This document shows, one piece after another, positions 27,490-41,150 of a stretch of DNA of 64,000 nucleotides (its first letter is position 1; each line of letters opens with the position of its first letter). Under the pieces are notes generated by a model, which was given only the letters and a program-made list of their open reading frames with translations, had not been told where the DNA came from and made no database searches. Location: assembly GCA_951406725.2 (NCBI GenBank), contig OX597815.1, forward strand, positions 106,950,001 through 107,014,000. The letters run 5' to 3'. Source of the DNA: Octopus vulgaris (Eukaryota). A program made the translations under genes and the position numbers.

Positions 27490-27775
27490 TTACCCTTACC
27501 TGTGCTGTATGGGGACCGTCATGTTAAAGAGTAGACCCAATGTTTCCTTTGCATCTCGTAAAAGGTGACTAAAAGAAGTTGTAGGATATGCACTCTGACC
27601 TCGTAAAACCCTCACCAGCAATGACTTTCCAAACCGACTCAATTAGGTTGGGTTGGAGAAGGGGGTTGTCACCTGAGTGGTGCAAAGGTGTCGTCCGCTA
27701 GGCATAAGGAATGCTAATAAATAGTGGATGCCCCCACATCTGACCTGGAGAAATCTGACCTTACCTTCTGATTCC
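27490..27775 (+). mobile_element. Probable RTE-type LINE 5' UTR fragment
   Basis: tgcatctcgtaaaaggtgactaaaag resembles the cgtaagaggcgactaa motif of RTE 5' ends. Confidence 0.4.
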
Positions 27776-28555
27776 AAGTCAGGCACTCAATTTTGCCTTT
27801 CATATTTCTAGCCTCGATAAAATAAAATACCAGTTAAGTACTAGGGTGGGGACGATTAATCCTATCCTTTTCCCTCAAAATAATTGTAAACCACTGCTTT
27901 TTCTAGAATTCATTATTTCTATATTTTTTGTTATTTTTTTTATTACCACTGCTGTTGTTATTGTCATTGATTTCTTTGTTGTTTTTATTCTTCTTGTTCT
28001 ACTTGTTTCTGTTTTTTGTCTTCTATTCCAATGAAATGTTACTTAAAAAACAATAGACAAACTATTTCTGTATAGGCATGTCTTTATGTCTACATTTACA
28101 TTTGACTTTGCTTGTACAAGTTTGAGAAAGGTTTGGTAGGTATGTAGCGTAATATAAGCTCTTTAAAGGTAATACTGAAATAAATACTAGACTGAATACG
28201 ATATAAATGGAGCTAATTACGTAGTCGGTTGAGAAATCGTAGCAGGGGGTAGAAACCAACAGAAAATAATTTAGTAAACAATGTGGTATTTAGGTTGTTG
28301 AAAGGTAGTACGAAAATATAATTATGAGAAAATTAGATCGAATTAAATAAAAATGAAGTGACCGTTGGCGATTGAAGAACTGGGACGTCAGTCGACTTTG
28401 TTGAATATGAAACTAATGACATAGATTAACTAGTGAGAAAAGGCATAGAGTTATATAAAGATTATTAAGATTAAAATAAAACTTGATATAAAGCAGGCAC
28501 ATAAATTTTCAAGCATAATATATATCACTTGCAGAAATTAATGTTAAATGTCACT

Positions 28556-29060
28556 AAGGCGGCGTATTTCGTCTGCCGTTACGTTCTGAGTTCAAATTCC
28601 GCCGAGGTCGACTTTGCCTTTCATCCTTTCGGGGACGATAAATTAAGTACCAGTTACGCACTGGGATCGATATAATCGACTTAATCCGTTTGTCTGTCCT
28701 TGTTTATCTCCTCTATGTTTAGCCCCTTGTGGGTAGTAAAGAAATAGGTATTTCGTCCGCCGCTACGTTCTGAGTTCAAATTCCGCCGAGGTCGACTTTG
28801 TCTTTCATCCTTTTGGGGTCGATTAAATAAGTACCAGTTACGCACTGGCGTCGATATAATCGACTTAATCCGTTTGTCTGTCCTTGTTTGTCTCTTCTGT
28901 GTTTAGCCCCTTGTGTGTAGTAAAGAAATAGATATTTCGTGCCTTTCATCTTTTCGGAGTTGATAAATTAAATACCAGTTGCATACTGGGGTAGATCTAG
29001 TCAACTGGCCCCCTTCCCCCAGAATTTTGGGTCTTGTGCCTAGAGTACAAAAGAATATTA
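28556..29060 (+). mobile_element. SINE family A concatemer (2+ tandem 184-bp units)
   Basis: tatttcgt restarts at 28565, 28749 and 28933. Confidence 0.88.
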
Positions 29061-30339
29061 AATGTTACTGTTTCTGCACTCCATTTTTTATGAAATCCAG
29101 TGCATTAACACTTATTTCAGTGCTTAACATCGTTACAGGGCAATTTTTACAATGGAACGTCTTATATAAATATTTGTTTATTCCATGTCAGATTATGCCT
29201 CCCCGGCAGATAGGCCCCTTGATCAGGACAGATTTGTGCAATTTTTCGTAAAATTATTCGCTGAGGGTTTTCTTCCTTTTAAAATTATTTACATATCAGT
29301 TCGACCGTTTCACATACCTTTATTCAATAAACCTCATAAAAGCTTCAGAAATTCTTACAACTTTGGTCGTTGTAATGCTTTGCTTCTGTTTGTTTAATAA
29401 AAATTCCTCCTCGCAATGATTTTGTTTTCATTTTGTGATAGACAGCTATCATACAGAAAATGCCAGCTTCTAAATCCTATTTCCTAATTAGGTAAATTTG
29501 ATTAAACTTTAAACCTCAGTAACAGTTTTCTACAATTTTTCTGGAACAAATAAATAACAAAATCGGATTTAACGTGGAAAATTATTTCAATATACCAAAT
29601 TTTGACGTAATTTATAAATTTCAAAATATGTGACAGCAACAAGGAAGACCCTACAAAAGTAGAGAGACAGACAGTTATAGGACGTGACACACACACGCGC
29701 GCGCGCATACAAACGCACACATATATTTACAAACGAACGCACAACCACGAGTTTAAAATAGGGTATAGTAGACGTATGTATGTATGTATGTATGTATGTA
29801 TGTATGTATGTATGTATGTATGTATGTATGTATGTATGTATGTATGCATGTATGTATGCATGTAGGTATGCATGTAGGTATGTATGTATATATGTGTATC
29901 CATGTATGTGTGTGTATGTCTGTGTGTGAGTATTTCCTTGCGATGGGCTGCAGAAAAGCACCCTGTGAACAATTGTTGTCAACTTGCCCCTTCTCTCCTT
30001 AAAGCTACATATTCCACACACCCACCATTCTTTCCCTTCCTCCGTGTTTTAAAAGTTACTTATGTGTGTGTGTCTGTGTGTGTGAGTGTGTGTATGCATG
30101 TACCTATGTATTTACGAAAGACTGTATGCATCGTCACGTGTATATCCCTGATTGAATGCTATATTAACGTAATCATCCCATTACCACTCCATATTTGTCG
30201 CTTATACAACTCTGTTCTCCACTTCCTTGCCACTACATTTCCTTCACCCCAACACTCTTGTACCCTTCTCATTTCATCAAATAATATTCCAAACCCCCGT
30301 AGTAGGGGGAGGCTTATAGATTTTTATTAGAATTCAATT

Positions 30340-30452
30340 AACTTATAATCTAACTGGATGTCAGTTTAACATGTATGCAAAGTTTCATCAAGATTCGTTC
30401 ACTGGTGTTGCCAGCAATATGGTAATAGACAGACAGAAATTTCCATTTATGT

Positions 30453-30460
<8 letters not shown>
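30340..30460 (-). mobile_element. Helitron-like 5' end remnant
   Basis: Minus strand ctgtctgtct..aacgaatcttgatgaaactttgcat resembles the 14320-14436 end. Confidence 0.35.
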
Positions 30461-30508
<48 letters not shown>

Positions 30509-30550
30509 TATATATATATACTTATATATATGTAATATATATATATGTAG

Positions 30551-30601
<51 letters not shown>

Positions 30602-31259
30602 ATACACACACACACATATATATATAGAGAATAATAATAATTATGGAAGGCACAAAAAGCCTTGTGAAATACAACTACCTAGGGTAACTGCCTTACTAGT
30701 GTAAAGGCCTATATCAATAAACACCCGATGACTCAGACCTGGCCTGGATGCACATGTAGAGGTAAATCTAAATGTTTTGGGGGCAGGTATACGATATATC
30801 CTCCGTTGTTTATGAAGCACAGGTATAATTAAACTATAGTAACGGCCGGAATTGAAACTACGATCAAACGATCGTGAGCGCAACACTCTAATCACTACTG
30901 CCATGCACCCTCACACACACGCGCGCGTGTATGTGTGAGTGTGCGAGCGTGTGTGCGTCTGTTTGTGTGTGTGTAAAGTGCATGGCCTTTAAGGTATTGA
31001 GCTTACGATCGACATAGCGTGGTTTCGATTCTCGCACCAAGCGGTACATTGTGATCTTCAACAAAGCTCTTCATTTCCCATTGCTGCAGTTAACTCAGCT
31101 GAAAATAAGCTACCCTGCCACGGACTAGTGTCTCGCTTTGTAGGGAAAATCGTTACCCCGGTCACTGATTGCAGTGTACTCTTTCTGTCGTGTTTGTTTC
31201 TTAATAATACAAGTATTGCTGAAGCAGACCAACGTCACTCTTCTTGTATTCTACTTTAT

Positions 31260-31296
<37 letters not shown>

Positions 31297-31859
31297 GTAT
31301 ATATTTAATCTCGGTTTGCATAGTATGTGAACGTGATTTGGATGATAGGTACATTATGATGAGCATGTATTGGATGAATGTTGTTCACTTTGAGGGAATA
31401 CTGAATGACAATTGTGCTAGATGCAGTGTCACAGAATTTAGTCCAATACATGGGCACGTAGGGAGTAAATGTATGTGAGTGAAGCATGTTGGTGGGTTTG
31501 GTATGTAGGTGTGTTTTGATGCTATTTTGTTATAGTATTGTGCATTAGAGTTGGATGGTGGGTGCGATCTGAGATTTGAGGGCAGTGTGAGTTTTGTGTG
31601 CTTGCCGTATTGGAATGGAAAGAGCTAGCCGGGTTGAATTTATGGTTCTTTTGGGGGTAGGATTGTTAGAAGACTTGTAACTTTTCTCTGATGCATAATT
31701 AGTAAGAGATTCCTCTGTGATGTAGGTTAGCAAATATTTTTCCGCAACTAAAGTGATAGAGTGGGCACCCGTAACAATGACAATATAACTGCAGATCTAG
31801 CTATTGTTCCTTAAACAACGAATGCCTCGAGAAGCTGGTGTATGGAACTGATATTTCCA

Positions 31860-32210
31860 ATGCTGATGGTACATTAAAGGGCTGTATTGGATAAGCCACG
31901 AATACCGTTAGGGAAGGAGTTTCACAACACATGTCTTCGTTTCCGAATACAAACAAGTGCAATGCAACATCACTGTCTAACTACGTATGGAACCTGAAGG
32001 TCCGTAAAATGAGTAATTCACTCATAAACCAGGGCATCATTGCCAAAAGAAGTAAGTATAATGGACGATATAGTACACGAAATCTTTGCATCACAGAAAA
32101 ATCTCAGTGCATGACTTTTATGACCATGTACTTCTGTTATACAGCCAAGCTAAATGAATCAGTGAAAATAACTGTAGGAAAAAGTCACAGCCAAAAAAAC
32201 AATGAATGAC
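31860..32210 (+). mobile_element. Penelope-like (Naiad-type) GIY-YIG fragment
   Basis: HMSSFPNTNKCNATSLSNYVWNLK...NLCITEK, homologous to 47318-47713. Confidence 0.7.
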
Positions 32211-32969
32211 TAATCTATTGCTTTTGGTGGGCGGGGGCTTGTTTATTTTAAGATGTTTAATAAATCTTAATTTTTTCACTTAAATGCAAAAACCATTAAA
32301 TAAACATATTATCGACATGTACAAATTATGTACCGTTAGTTAATAAGCGACTTTGAGTTTGGCAGAGTCGTTAGAAGGCAAGACAAATCTCTTACGGTAT
32401 TTGTTCTGGCTCGTTACATTCTGAGTCCAAATTGCTAGGGTCAACTTTGCCTTTTCTCCTTTCGGGGTTGATAAAATAAAGTAAGTCATGCGCTGGGATC
32501 GATGGTGTCGACTTAAACCTTGTCTTTAAAATTTCTAGTCTTGTACCTAAACTACAAACCATCTGCTATAATAATACTCTTGTATCTTTCTCCGTTACAA
32601 CATATGAATGAGAAAGGAAGGGGTGATAGATGAATAAGGAAGGAAAGGGTAATGGCAAACTTGGTAGCGGGATGATGGAAATCCTACAGTGAAAAAAAAA
32701 AGCAAACACCGTTTCAAATTTGCGTGAGTATATGTGTGTGTATGTAAAAGGGAGTCATGTGAATGTCTATGTGTGTGTGTGTGTGTGTGTGTGTATGTTT
32801 GTGCGTGTGTAAGCAATGGAAGTGGGATGGTGAACATTCAATGCTTACAAGAAAAATCAAACAGCATTTCAACTCTGTGTGAGTATATGTGTGTATATGT
32901 GCGCATGTAGAAAGGAAGTATAAGAATGTATGTATCTGTGATTATTATGTTCCTTATTTTGTACCTTAT

Positions 32970-33023
32970 TTATATATAAAATACTACAATCAGCCGTCAT
33001 TTTTGACGGCACGAGCCTACTAG
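32970..33023 (+). mobile_element. Helitron 3' terminus / minimal Helitron
   Basis: Hairpin GCCGTCA...TGACGGC (32993-33010) followed 9 nt later by CTAG|T. Confidence 0.55.
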
Positions 33024-33459
33024 TTATTTATAGTAATTAAATGGTAAGTGACCACTTTGACCGAAACTTACTTTCATCTGTGATTTCCGTTGGGTGTTGA
33101 CTGGTTGGGAAAGGATTGGGCGCAGAAAACTACTTGTTAAAAAGCACAAATCGTATAAGCAAACAAAGATATTACAATTTACAACTAATTACTGAAAAGC
33201 ATCTAGAGTTACATTCTCTAACTTCATTGCTCTCAAAACATTTCTAACAGTAATTTATATCTATGTAACTTCGATACAATATAGCAATGTAACATAAACA
33301 CAATACCTCAAATTAAGAAAGGAGTATAGTACTTTGATGATACATATCTTATCGACAGAAGAAGAACGAAAGTAAAAGCCAACCATAGAGGATATAGTTG
33401 TTACTAAATGCCAATGTTCAACAAGTTGTGCTAATGCAGCAACATCTACAATACTGGTA

Positions 33460-33990
33460 ATTTTGTGTGGCCGGCGGAGGTAAATCGATTACATCGATCC
33501 CAGTGCTCAAAAAGTACTTATTTTATCGACCCCGAAAGAATGAAAGGCAGAGTCAACCCTGGCGGAATTTGAACTCAGAACGTGAAGACGGACGAAATGC
33601 TGCTAAGCATTTCGCTCTGCTTGCTAACGATTCAGCCAGCTCGCCGCCTTTGCAACATTTGCAATAATTGTTTCTAGTATAGGTGCAAGGCCTGAGCATA
33701 TATGGTGGGGTAAGGTTTAGTCGATACTACCGGACCCAATACTTGACTGCTACTTTATTTCATCGATCTCAGAAGGATGAAAGACTATGTTGAGCTCGAC
33801 GAGCTTTGAACTAAGATGAAGAGCTGAAAGAAATACCGCAAAGCATTATTCCAACGCCATAACAATAATGGTTTCTGATTTTTTAGGCACAAGGCCAGCA
33901 ATTTTGAAGGGAGGGAGATCAGTCGATGCCGTTTATCCCAATACTTGATTAGAACTTTGTTTTATCGGTATCGGAGGGATGGAAAACAAT
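33460..33990 (-). mobile_element. Cluster of SINE family A copies
   Basis: One well-preserved copy (33460-33650) and two decayed copies. Confidence 0.7.
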
Positions 33991-34269
33991 GTTGAGCAGG
34001 ACCGCTACTGATTTTGCAAATCAAATAACGACAATAACAACAACAAACATTTAATGCGTTCACCAATGTCTATATATATAGATATATATACATGTATGCC
34101 CCAGCATGGTCACAGCCTTTAGGCTGAAACATAAAAAAGGAAAGGATAAAAAATAAAAGAATTTCTCATGCAGTCTTTTTTTTTTTTAGACCAAAGTTAT
34201 GGAGTTAGTGAAAATTTACATGAAACGTGGGGTTTTTCTGCGATTAATCCTTTTTTTTGTCCTGAACTA

Positions 34270-34390
34270 CTATGAAGTAGGTATTCCTTTATAGAACTTC
34301 AGCGGAGGGGCTGGGCGCCAATTATCCAGTTCAATCACTGCTTGCACTTCCTCTGCCAGTTGCTGTTGCCTTCTGTTACTAGCAAATAAT
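34270..34390 (-). CDS. SPATS1: SPATS1-like (spermatogenesis-associated serine-rich protein 1 family), terminal exon
   Basis: Acceptor ttgtttatttcag|; phase 2; LFASNRRQQQLAEEVQAVIELDNWRPAPPLKFYKGIPTS*, matching the recalled SPATS1 C-terminal ExxxVxELDNWxPAxPL motif. Confidence 0.88.
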
Positions 34391-34410
34391 CTGAAATAAA
34401 CAAAACAACT

Positions 34411-34466
<56 letters not shown>

Positions 34467-35080
34467 TGCAGCAACAGCAGCAGCAGCAGTAGCAGAGTAG
34501 TTACAGCTATTGGTGTAGGAGAGTGATGTTAGTTAGTTGGTAGCAGATCTATGACTAAAGACGTTCTAGTTGCGACCATACCGTCTTTTTTTCCAACCAT
34601 AATGTAACCCAGGAACACATTATTCACTGTGACCTTCTTTTATGAGAGAGATAGTTGTGAAATTTGAGGGCGATTTGATTGCTATTTTTAGCAGTTCGGG
34701 TAGCCATATAGAAACTCCCTAGTTGGATCTATTATATATATTTTTTTATATTATTTGACTTTTTTATGAGTACGACGATAATGAGATAAAACGACTTTTA
34801 GAGACTTCCAGTAGAAGACAAAATGCACGGAAAGAAGGGATGAAAACCCCTCAAGAGATATGTATTTGTATAATATCAAGAATTGAAAAGTTTTAAAATA
34901 CCATGACAGCATAAAAGCTGACACTGCAATTCATGGTATCCAATCCGCTGAAAGCGGATAATGCATGATGATGATACATTTTTTTGTCCTTCATCCATTC
35001 CTCTTTGCAGTTATACTTACTGCTTCAGCCCACTACCACTTACTCTATACAAAATCTTTGCTGCACACACAGACACACGC

Positions 35081-35157
<77 letters not shown>

Positions 35158-35160
<3 letters not shown>

Positions 35161-36440
35161 GTTGGCAACTAAGTTCCCGCCGTTTTTTAAATTTAAATCT
35201 TTTAAAAGGTTTGATAAAAAAAACAACTAATTAATCAATAATGTATTAACCCTTGTTTACAATTTCTTCCAAACGTTCAACAAGATTTTCAATACCTCGT
35301 TGGTAGAAATCACCCGATTTCAACTCAAAAGATTGATCTAACCAAGCTCTCAATTCTGCATTAGTATTGAACGAAACTCCGTGCATAGCACTTGGAAGAG
35401 ATCTAAAGAGGTAGAAATCCGTTGGTGCTAAATCAGGAGAGTACGGCGGGTGTGGCAGCACTTCCCAGCCATGCATTTGAATGGCTTCTTTGATCATATT
35501 GGCGATATGAGGGCGGGCGTTGTCGTGCAGCAGAAGAACTCCATGCTGCCGATTAGGTCTTTTCTCTTGAATAGCCGTGTTGAGTCGTTCTATCTGTTGA
35601 ACATAGAGTTCGGCGTTAACCGTTTGGTTCCGTTCAAGCAATTCGTAATGGATAATCCCTTCCCAGTCCCACCATACGCACAACATCATTTTACGCGAAG
35701 ATCTTGTTTCACGCGCGGTGTCGCTTGTTTACTGGGGCTAAGCCATTCCTTACGCTGCTTCATATTGATGTACAGGCACCATTTTCCGTCACCAGTAACG
35801 ATTCGGTAAAGAAGTTGTTGCTTGTGTCCATGAGTTGAGCGGTGACGAGCAAGCAGACCAGCGGAGATTGTGGGTCGCTGATTTTTGTTGTTGTCACTTA
35901 AAGTATGCGGAACCCATGCTCCATACTTCTGAACCTTTCCCATCGAGTTAAGATGCTTCTCTATAGCAGTGTGGGAGCATTCCATTTTTTCTGCCAGTTC
36001 CTTTGTCGTTTGACGAGAATTTTCGTGCAAAAGTTAGTTTAATTGCTCTTCATCGAACTCAACTGGACAACCAGAACGAGGTGCGTCTTTGAGGTCAAAA
36101 TTTCCATTTTTGAACTTGGCTTACTAATCACGAGTGGTTCTTTCAGCTATGGCACCCTCTCCATACACAGCACAAATGTTGCGAGCAGCTTTTGCGGCCT
36201 TAGAACCTTGATTAAAAGCAAAAAGAAGGTGTCGAAAATGGCTTGTTTTTCTTTACTTGACATTCCATTTTAATGATCTGAAAATAAACAAAAGTTAACT
36301 AAAATTTACTAGGAAAAAAATAAGCAAAATAGATTCTAAAGTGATTCAAAAATAGAATTCTCGAAAAGAATATATTCCAAAATTTAAAAACGCAATAAAT
36401 TCCAAATTTAAAAAAAACGGCGGGAACTTAGTTGCCAACC

Positions 36441-36443
<3 letters not shown>
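35158..36443 (-). mobile_element. Mariner (DD34D) transposon, full length, pseudogenised, in (TA)n
   Basis: TIRs gggttggcaactaagttcccgccgtttttt; motifs WVPHTL, IVTGD, HDNARPH and YSPDLAPTDFYLF; several frameshifts and stops. Confidence 0.95.
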
Positions 36444-36489
<46 letters not shown>

Positions 36490-36491
<2 letters not shown>

Positions 36492-37515
36492 TATGAAAAT
36501 TTTGGGGTTTGAAAATGCACCTGAATCTCGAAACGTGTTGTCGTTTTTAAATTTTGCAAGAGATTTATTCAAATACTAAACCGGTTTCGATAGTTTCTTT
36601 TTTTGCTTTTGTTTTTGCTCATCAAGGTAAAAATTTATAAATAAGGGGTTTAGGAGAGCTTATAATTACAAGGTAAAATTCGGAAAAACTTTTAAGCAAT
36701 CAAATGTTCAAACGTTTACAGAAACCTCAATGAGTTCCACAGGGATAAACTGTAATATAATGTAAATATTTAATGGAGATCATAACAAATATACATAATT
36801 GAAAGTTCAGTCATACTGAATTTTTATAAAGCAATAAAAGAAAGAAGAGAAAAAGATGGAAAGAAAGAATTTTTTTCGTTTTATAGTTTGTCGTGATGCA
36901 TGTTGGAGTTCTTTTCTCAATTTCAGTCGAAGTGCACGTGTCTCTTTACCTTGTTCGCTTGTTATTGAGTTCGAAATGTTATATCCAAACCTTTTAATAC
37001 ATATACATGTTTTTACGGTAAAGGATCAAGTTTTGATTGGTTGTAATTTTGATGATGTCTTTTGTCCCGATTGGTTATAAGTTTTGTGACTTCATTAATT
37101 TTGATCAAAAATATTTTCCGTTTTAGATAAAATATTTTTGTTTTGGCAAAGTTCAGCCTTTTGCTTGGCTGACTTCCTCCTGGTAACCAGTTTTTGTCTG
37201 ATGGTCATCTAGCGTTCCGATTAGTAGGTTCCCTTAAGAAGCCACTGCTTCAGCTGGCTCGATGTATATTTGTTTTTCTTGATATTTGATGTTTGAGAAG
37301 GTGTGAGGTGTTATTGGAGTTTGAGTTTCGAATCCCTGAAAAAGCGTGCTACTTAAACTTTTCGGTTTATATATGTTGTTTCTGCTCGATTTTCACGAAT
37401 AAATTGGGATTTTCGAAACCGGTTTGGTATTTGAATAAATACTACACGTTTTGCGATTCAGACGTATTTTCAAACCTCAAAACAAATTCTCTCATATTTT
37501 TTCCTGCGTGGTAAA
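36490..37515 (-). mobile_element. Penelope-like remnant with inverted terminal segments
   Basis: 36495-36590 is a diverged reverse complement of 37411-37490, both containing aaaccggtttcga. Confidence 0.55.
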
Positions 37516-37560
37516 ATGCACCTCTTCTTCTCTCTCTCTCCACACACACGCACACATATA

Positions 37561-37792
37561 CAGGGTTGGCCAAAAGTCACTCGACAGTAAATCAAAATTC
37601 TATAAATACTTAATATTCAATTTTATTTCTTCGTTCCAATTATGAACGTTTAACAATTGAATGCTGTGAATTAAAATCACTGGGGTTTTTTCAACATTTG
37701 TCTATTCATTAGGGAAGTCTCATAAAATAATTTTTTGTTTGATCTTGGAATTAAATGGTTTTGATTAACTGTCAGGTGACTTTTGGCCAACC

Positions 37793-37795
<3 letters not shown>
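37561..37795. mobile_element. Tc1/mariner-type MITE
   Basis: TA|cagggttggccaaaagtcac ... gtgacttttggccaaccctg|TA. Confidence 0.88.
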
Positions 37796-37872
<77 letters not shown>

Positions 37873-37899
37873 ATACATACACACACACATATATAATAC

Positions 37900-38770
37900 G
37901 CTAAATGTCATTTTTTTGCGAGTAACACATAAGCGTTTGCAGGTGTTGTATTTGTTCTACTTTATACGAATATACTTTCTAAATCATTCGGCACTAGCTG
38001 GAGTTGTTCTGTTTATCATTTGTATTCCAAAGTTCATTCTGCTTATTAATGTTTAACTTATGTTCTAATATTCATAAATTTTGACGATTTGCTGTGCATC
38101 GCAGCATTTATAAGAATTTCTTCATCATTGCTGTAGCCCGAACCGTTCTTTTGAGGTAAGTTGTGGCCATACTATGGAGCAATGACCACTGAAATCAATA
38201 AAAATCTTTCTCCCTAAATTTTCAAACAAGGTCTCCACCTACTTGCTGGGGTTGTTTTATTTATTTTTTGTTGTATTCGGATGTTCATTCTACTACCCAT
38301 ATTGTACCATAATGTTTCAATGTTCATAAATTCAGATGATTTGCCCGATATCGCAACTGTCATTACTCTACGCTGCGAAATGACTTAATCTGGGTTGGGA
38401 TTTGGGTTAGTAACACTTTGTAATTACAGATTAAAAATGTCAGAAGGTGTGTTAATACATCCCCATGTCTACACAAGAAATGTTGTTCTTCGTGAGTTTC
38501 TGCAGAGAACCATACGTGTATAGTATTTTGGGGGTGATAAATATAATTTCCTTATTTTCCAATTATTTTGGCATTTTTATTTACTTTCTTATCCTCTAAT
38601 GATCAACTTTCTTCGGGTAATAATTTTTCAACAACAACCCCCTTCATTATTCACGGTTCGGGTACTCTAGTAAGTATATATTATAATTTTCATTTTACCA
38701 AACGCTGTATCGAGAAGTCAGTATCGTTGAATCATCACTGTAAAAAAATACCATTAATAATAGATATTTC
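37900..38770 (-). mobile_element. Highly decayed L1/Tx1-like RT and downstream region
   Basis: FYSDDSTIL (YxDD motif) near 38730 followed by a WKIRKL-like segment; many stops. Confidence 0.35.
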
Positions 38771-39210
38771 ATATATGTGTGTGCGTATTCATGACTGTGA
38801 TTGAGCATGTATACACGATATACACATCCTGTAGTATATGCATGTGTGTATGTGTATGTGTATGCATGTATAGAAAACAAAACAGGAAATGTTTTATTGA
38901 CAAAGAATGGTTATTTGTTTATGTAATATAAACTATATAATTCCTTGATTTGTAATCTTGCTGGCTTACTGGATTAGTGGCAGTGTTGTCATTATCGGAT
39001 AAGCAAACATCTGAATTAATGAAAAATACGTAAGGTGGCGTAATTAAATATTTTACAAGCAATCCCGCCTGTTTTTTTTTTCTGTATGTACACTCAGACA
39101 TAATCAACTGCGGATTCTGGTTAAATGAAACATAAGTCTATAATACGGGTCCTTCTCGCCTGCTCCTTTCAGATATAAGAGAATATGTACACACACACAC
39201 ACACACACAT

Positions 39211-39269
<59 letters not shown>

Positions 39270-39306
39270 CATATGTATCTGTGTATGTCTATCTCTCTCT
39301 TTCTCC

Positions 39307-39347
<41 letters not shown>

Positions 39348-39350
<3 letters not shown>

Positions 39351-40640
39351 GTTGGGGTGAATAAATTGTCGTCTAAATTACGCAAAAATAAAAATAACAC
39401 TGACATCTAATTTTAACAGATATATTTACCAAAATTACATGAAAATATTTTGAAATACTAAATAGTAAATTTATTCAATAAAATCGCCATTGGCTTCAAC
39501 CACGGCCTCCAGACGACTACGGAAATTTCTACAACTCTTCTAGACGTCCTCCTTGTTTAATTTGGTGAATACTGCCATAATCTTTGCCTTCGGTTCATCT
39601 TTGGTGTTACAAGGAGTTTTGTTGGTCTCTCGCTCAACTGCGCCCCACACTTAATAATCAAGAAGGTTGCAGTCTGGGAGTTAGGTAGCCAGATGTTAGG
39701 GATGATGTGGTCACAGAAATTGTCTGACAGCCATGACTGAGTTCTCCAGCTTGTGTAGCATGATGCAGAGTTCTGTTGCTAAACATAGGGTCTTCCAGCA
39801 GCCAACTCTTGATCCAGGGCGGTACTACCTATTCCAGGCACTTGATGTAGGCCTCCGTGTTGAGTTTGAGGCCATGTGTGAAGATGAATGGAGGCATAAC
39901 GTTGCCATTACTAGTGATCACTCTAAACACCATGATGCTGATTGGATGTTTATACTCTGTTTATACTCTCGGTACATGTTTTGGGGATACTGCAAGCCAA
40001 AGCTTGTTCTATGTGTTCACCATCTGATCTTGGCAGAAATTCCTCTCCTCTAAGATAAAAACAAAGCATGTTTGGTTGGAGGGGATGCTTGAGTTTGTTC
40101 AAAAACTTCTTAGAGCGGTCTTTCCTCTTGCCCACGATGGCTTGGGATAGAAATTGGGCCTTTTCTCATCTTGTATGAGGAATACCGAATGTCTTCATGC
40201 ACTACCCGCCTAATAAGAAACTCAAACACACCTATGTCCTTGGCGATGGATCTGATTGACTTGGAGGGATCATTGTCAATCATGGCCTGGATCTCACCAA
40301 CAAATTTAGAAGTTCTTTCCTTATCAGAAGTGTCAGAGTGAGTTGTTTTCCGAGCTGCCGTACCTTCTAATGACTATTAGGCTCATCTAACTCCTTCCGA
40401 ATTCTCTGCACTGTCCTCAGATTGAGTCCCAAACAGTCTGAAATATTCGTATAAGAGCTTTTGGCGCGAATGCCAAGCAGTAAAGCATGTCCTTTCCAAA
40501 TTTCTGGCAGAGTGAATTGCATCATGTGCTGTCTTTCTCACAGACAATACCCAACTGACCCTACTATACTGTATAGTCGACAAAATCAAAACACACAATG
40601 CACATGCGCAAAATTAAAAATATAAAATGGCCACAATGTG
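39348..40640 (-). mobile_element. Tc1/mariner-superfamily transposon (maT/DD37D-like), decayed
   Basis: WLPNSPDCNLLDYYVWGAVE-like and FRSRLEAVVEANGDFIE* motifs; TA|cag terminus at 39348; the other end is degraded. Confidence 0.8.
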
Positions 40641-40819
40641 CAAATAGAAAAATGTCGCAGGCTGTCTCTGGGACTCGAACCCACATTATGTGAACCAAAA
40701 CAATATTTACACGCTATTATTTATAGATTTATCTACTCCCTATTCAGCTGTTAAAAACGAATTATTACATGTTCTCCCGTCGTGTCTAAATTCTTATGAT
40801 GTAAACTACATACACACAT

Positions 40820-41150
40820 ATATTCTTTTATTCTTTTACTTGTTTCACTCATTTGACTGCGGCTATGCTGGAGTATCCGCTTAAAGGGATTTAGTCAAAG
40901 AAATCGCCCCCATAACTTATCCTTTGTTAGCCTAGTACTTATTCTATTGGTCTTTCCTTTTTGCTGAACCGCTACGTTACGGGGGCATAAATACACCAGC
41001 ATCGGTTGTCAAGCGATGGCGGGGGGGGGGGGGGAGACAAACGCACATACACAAATATATACTTATATATGTATACGACGGGCTTCTTCCAGTTTCCCTC
41101 CACCGAATCCACTCACGAGGCTTTGTTCGGCCCGAAGCTATAGTAGACGA
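40820..41150 (-). mobile_element. tRNA-derived SINE family B (head missing)
   Basis: Matches the body and tail of 5652-6070. Confidence 0.8.

Noticed and set aside
38970-39010. 41-nt AG...GT bounded exon-like segment in the SPATS1 intron
   Set aside because: Its inclusion after the 51315 exon gives a stop within 6 codons, and the flanking exons already join with continuous homology.
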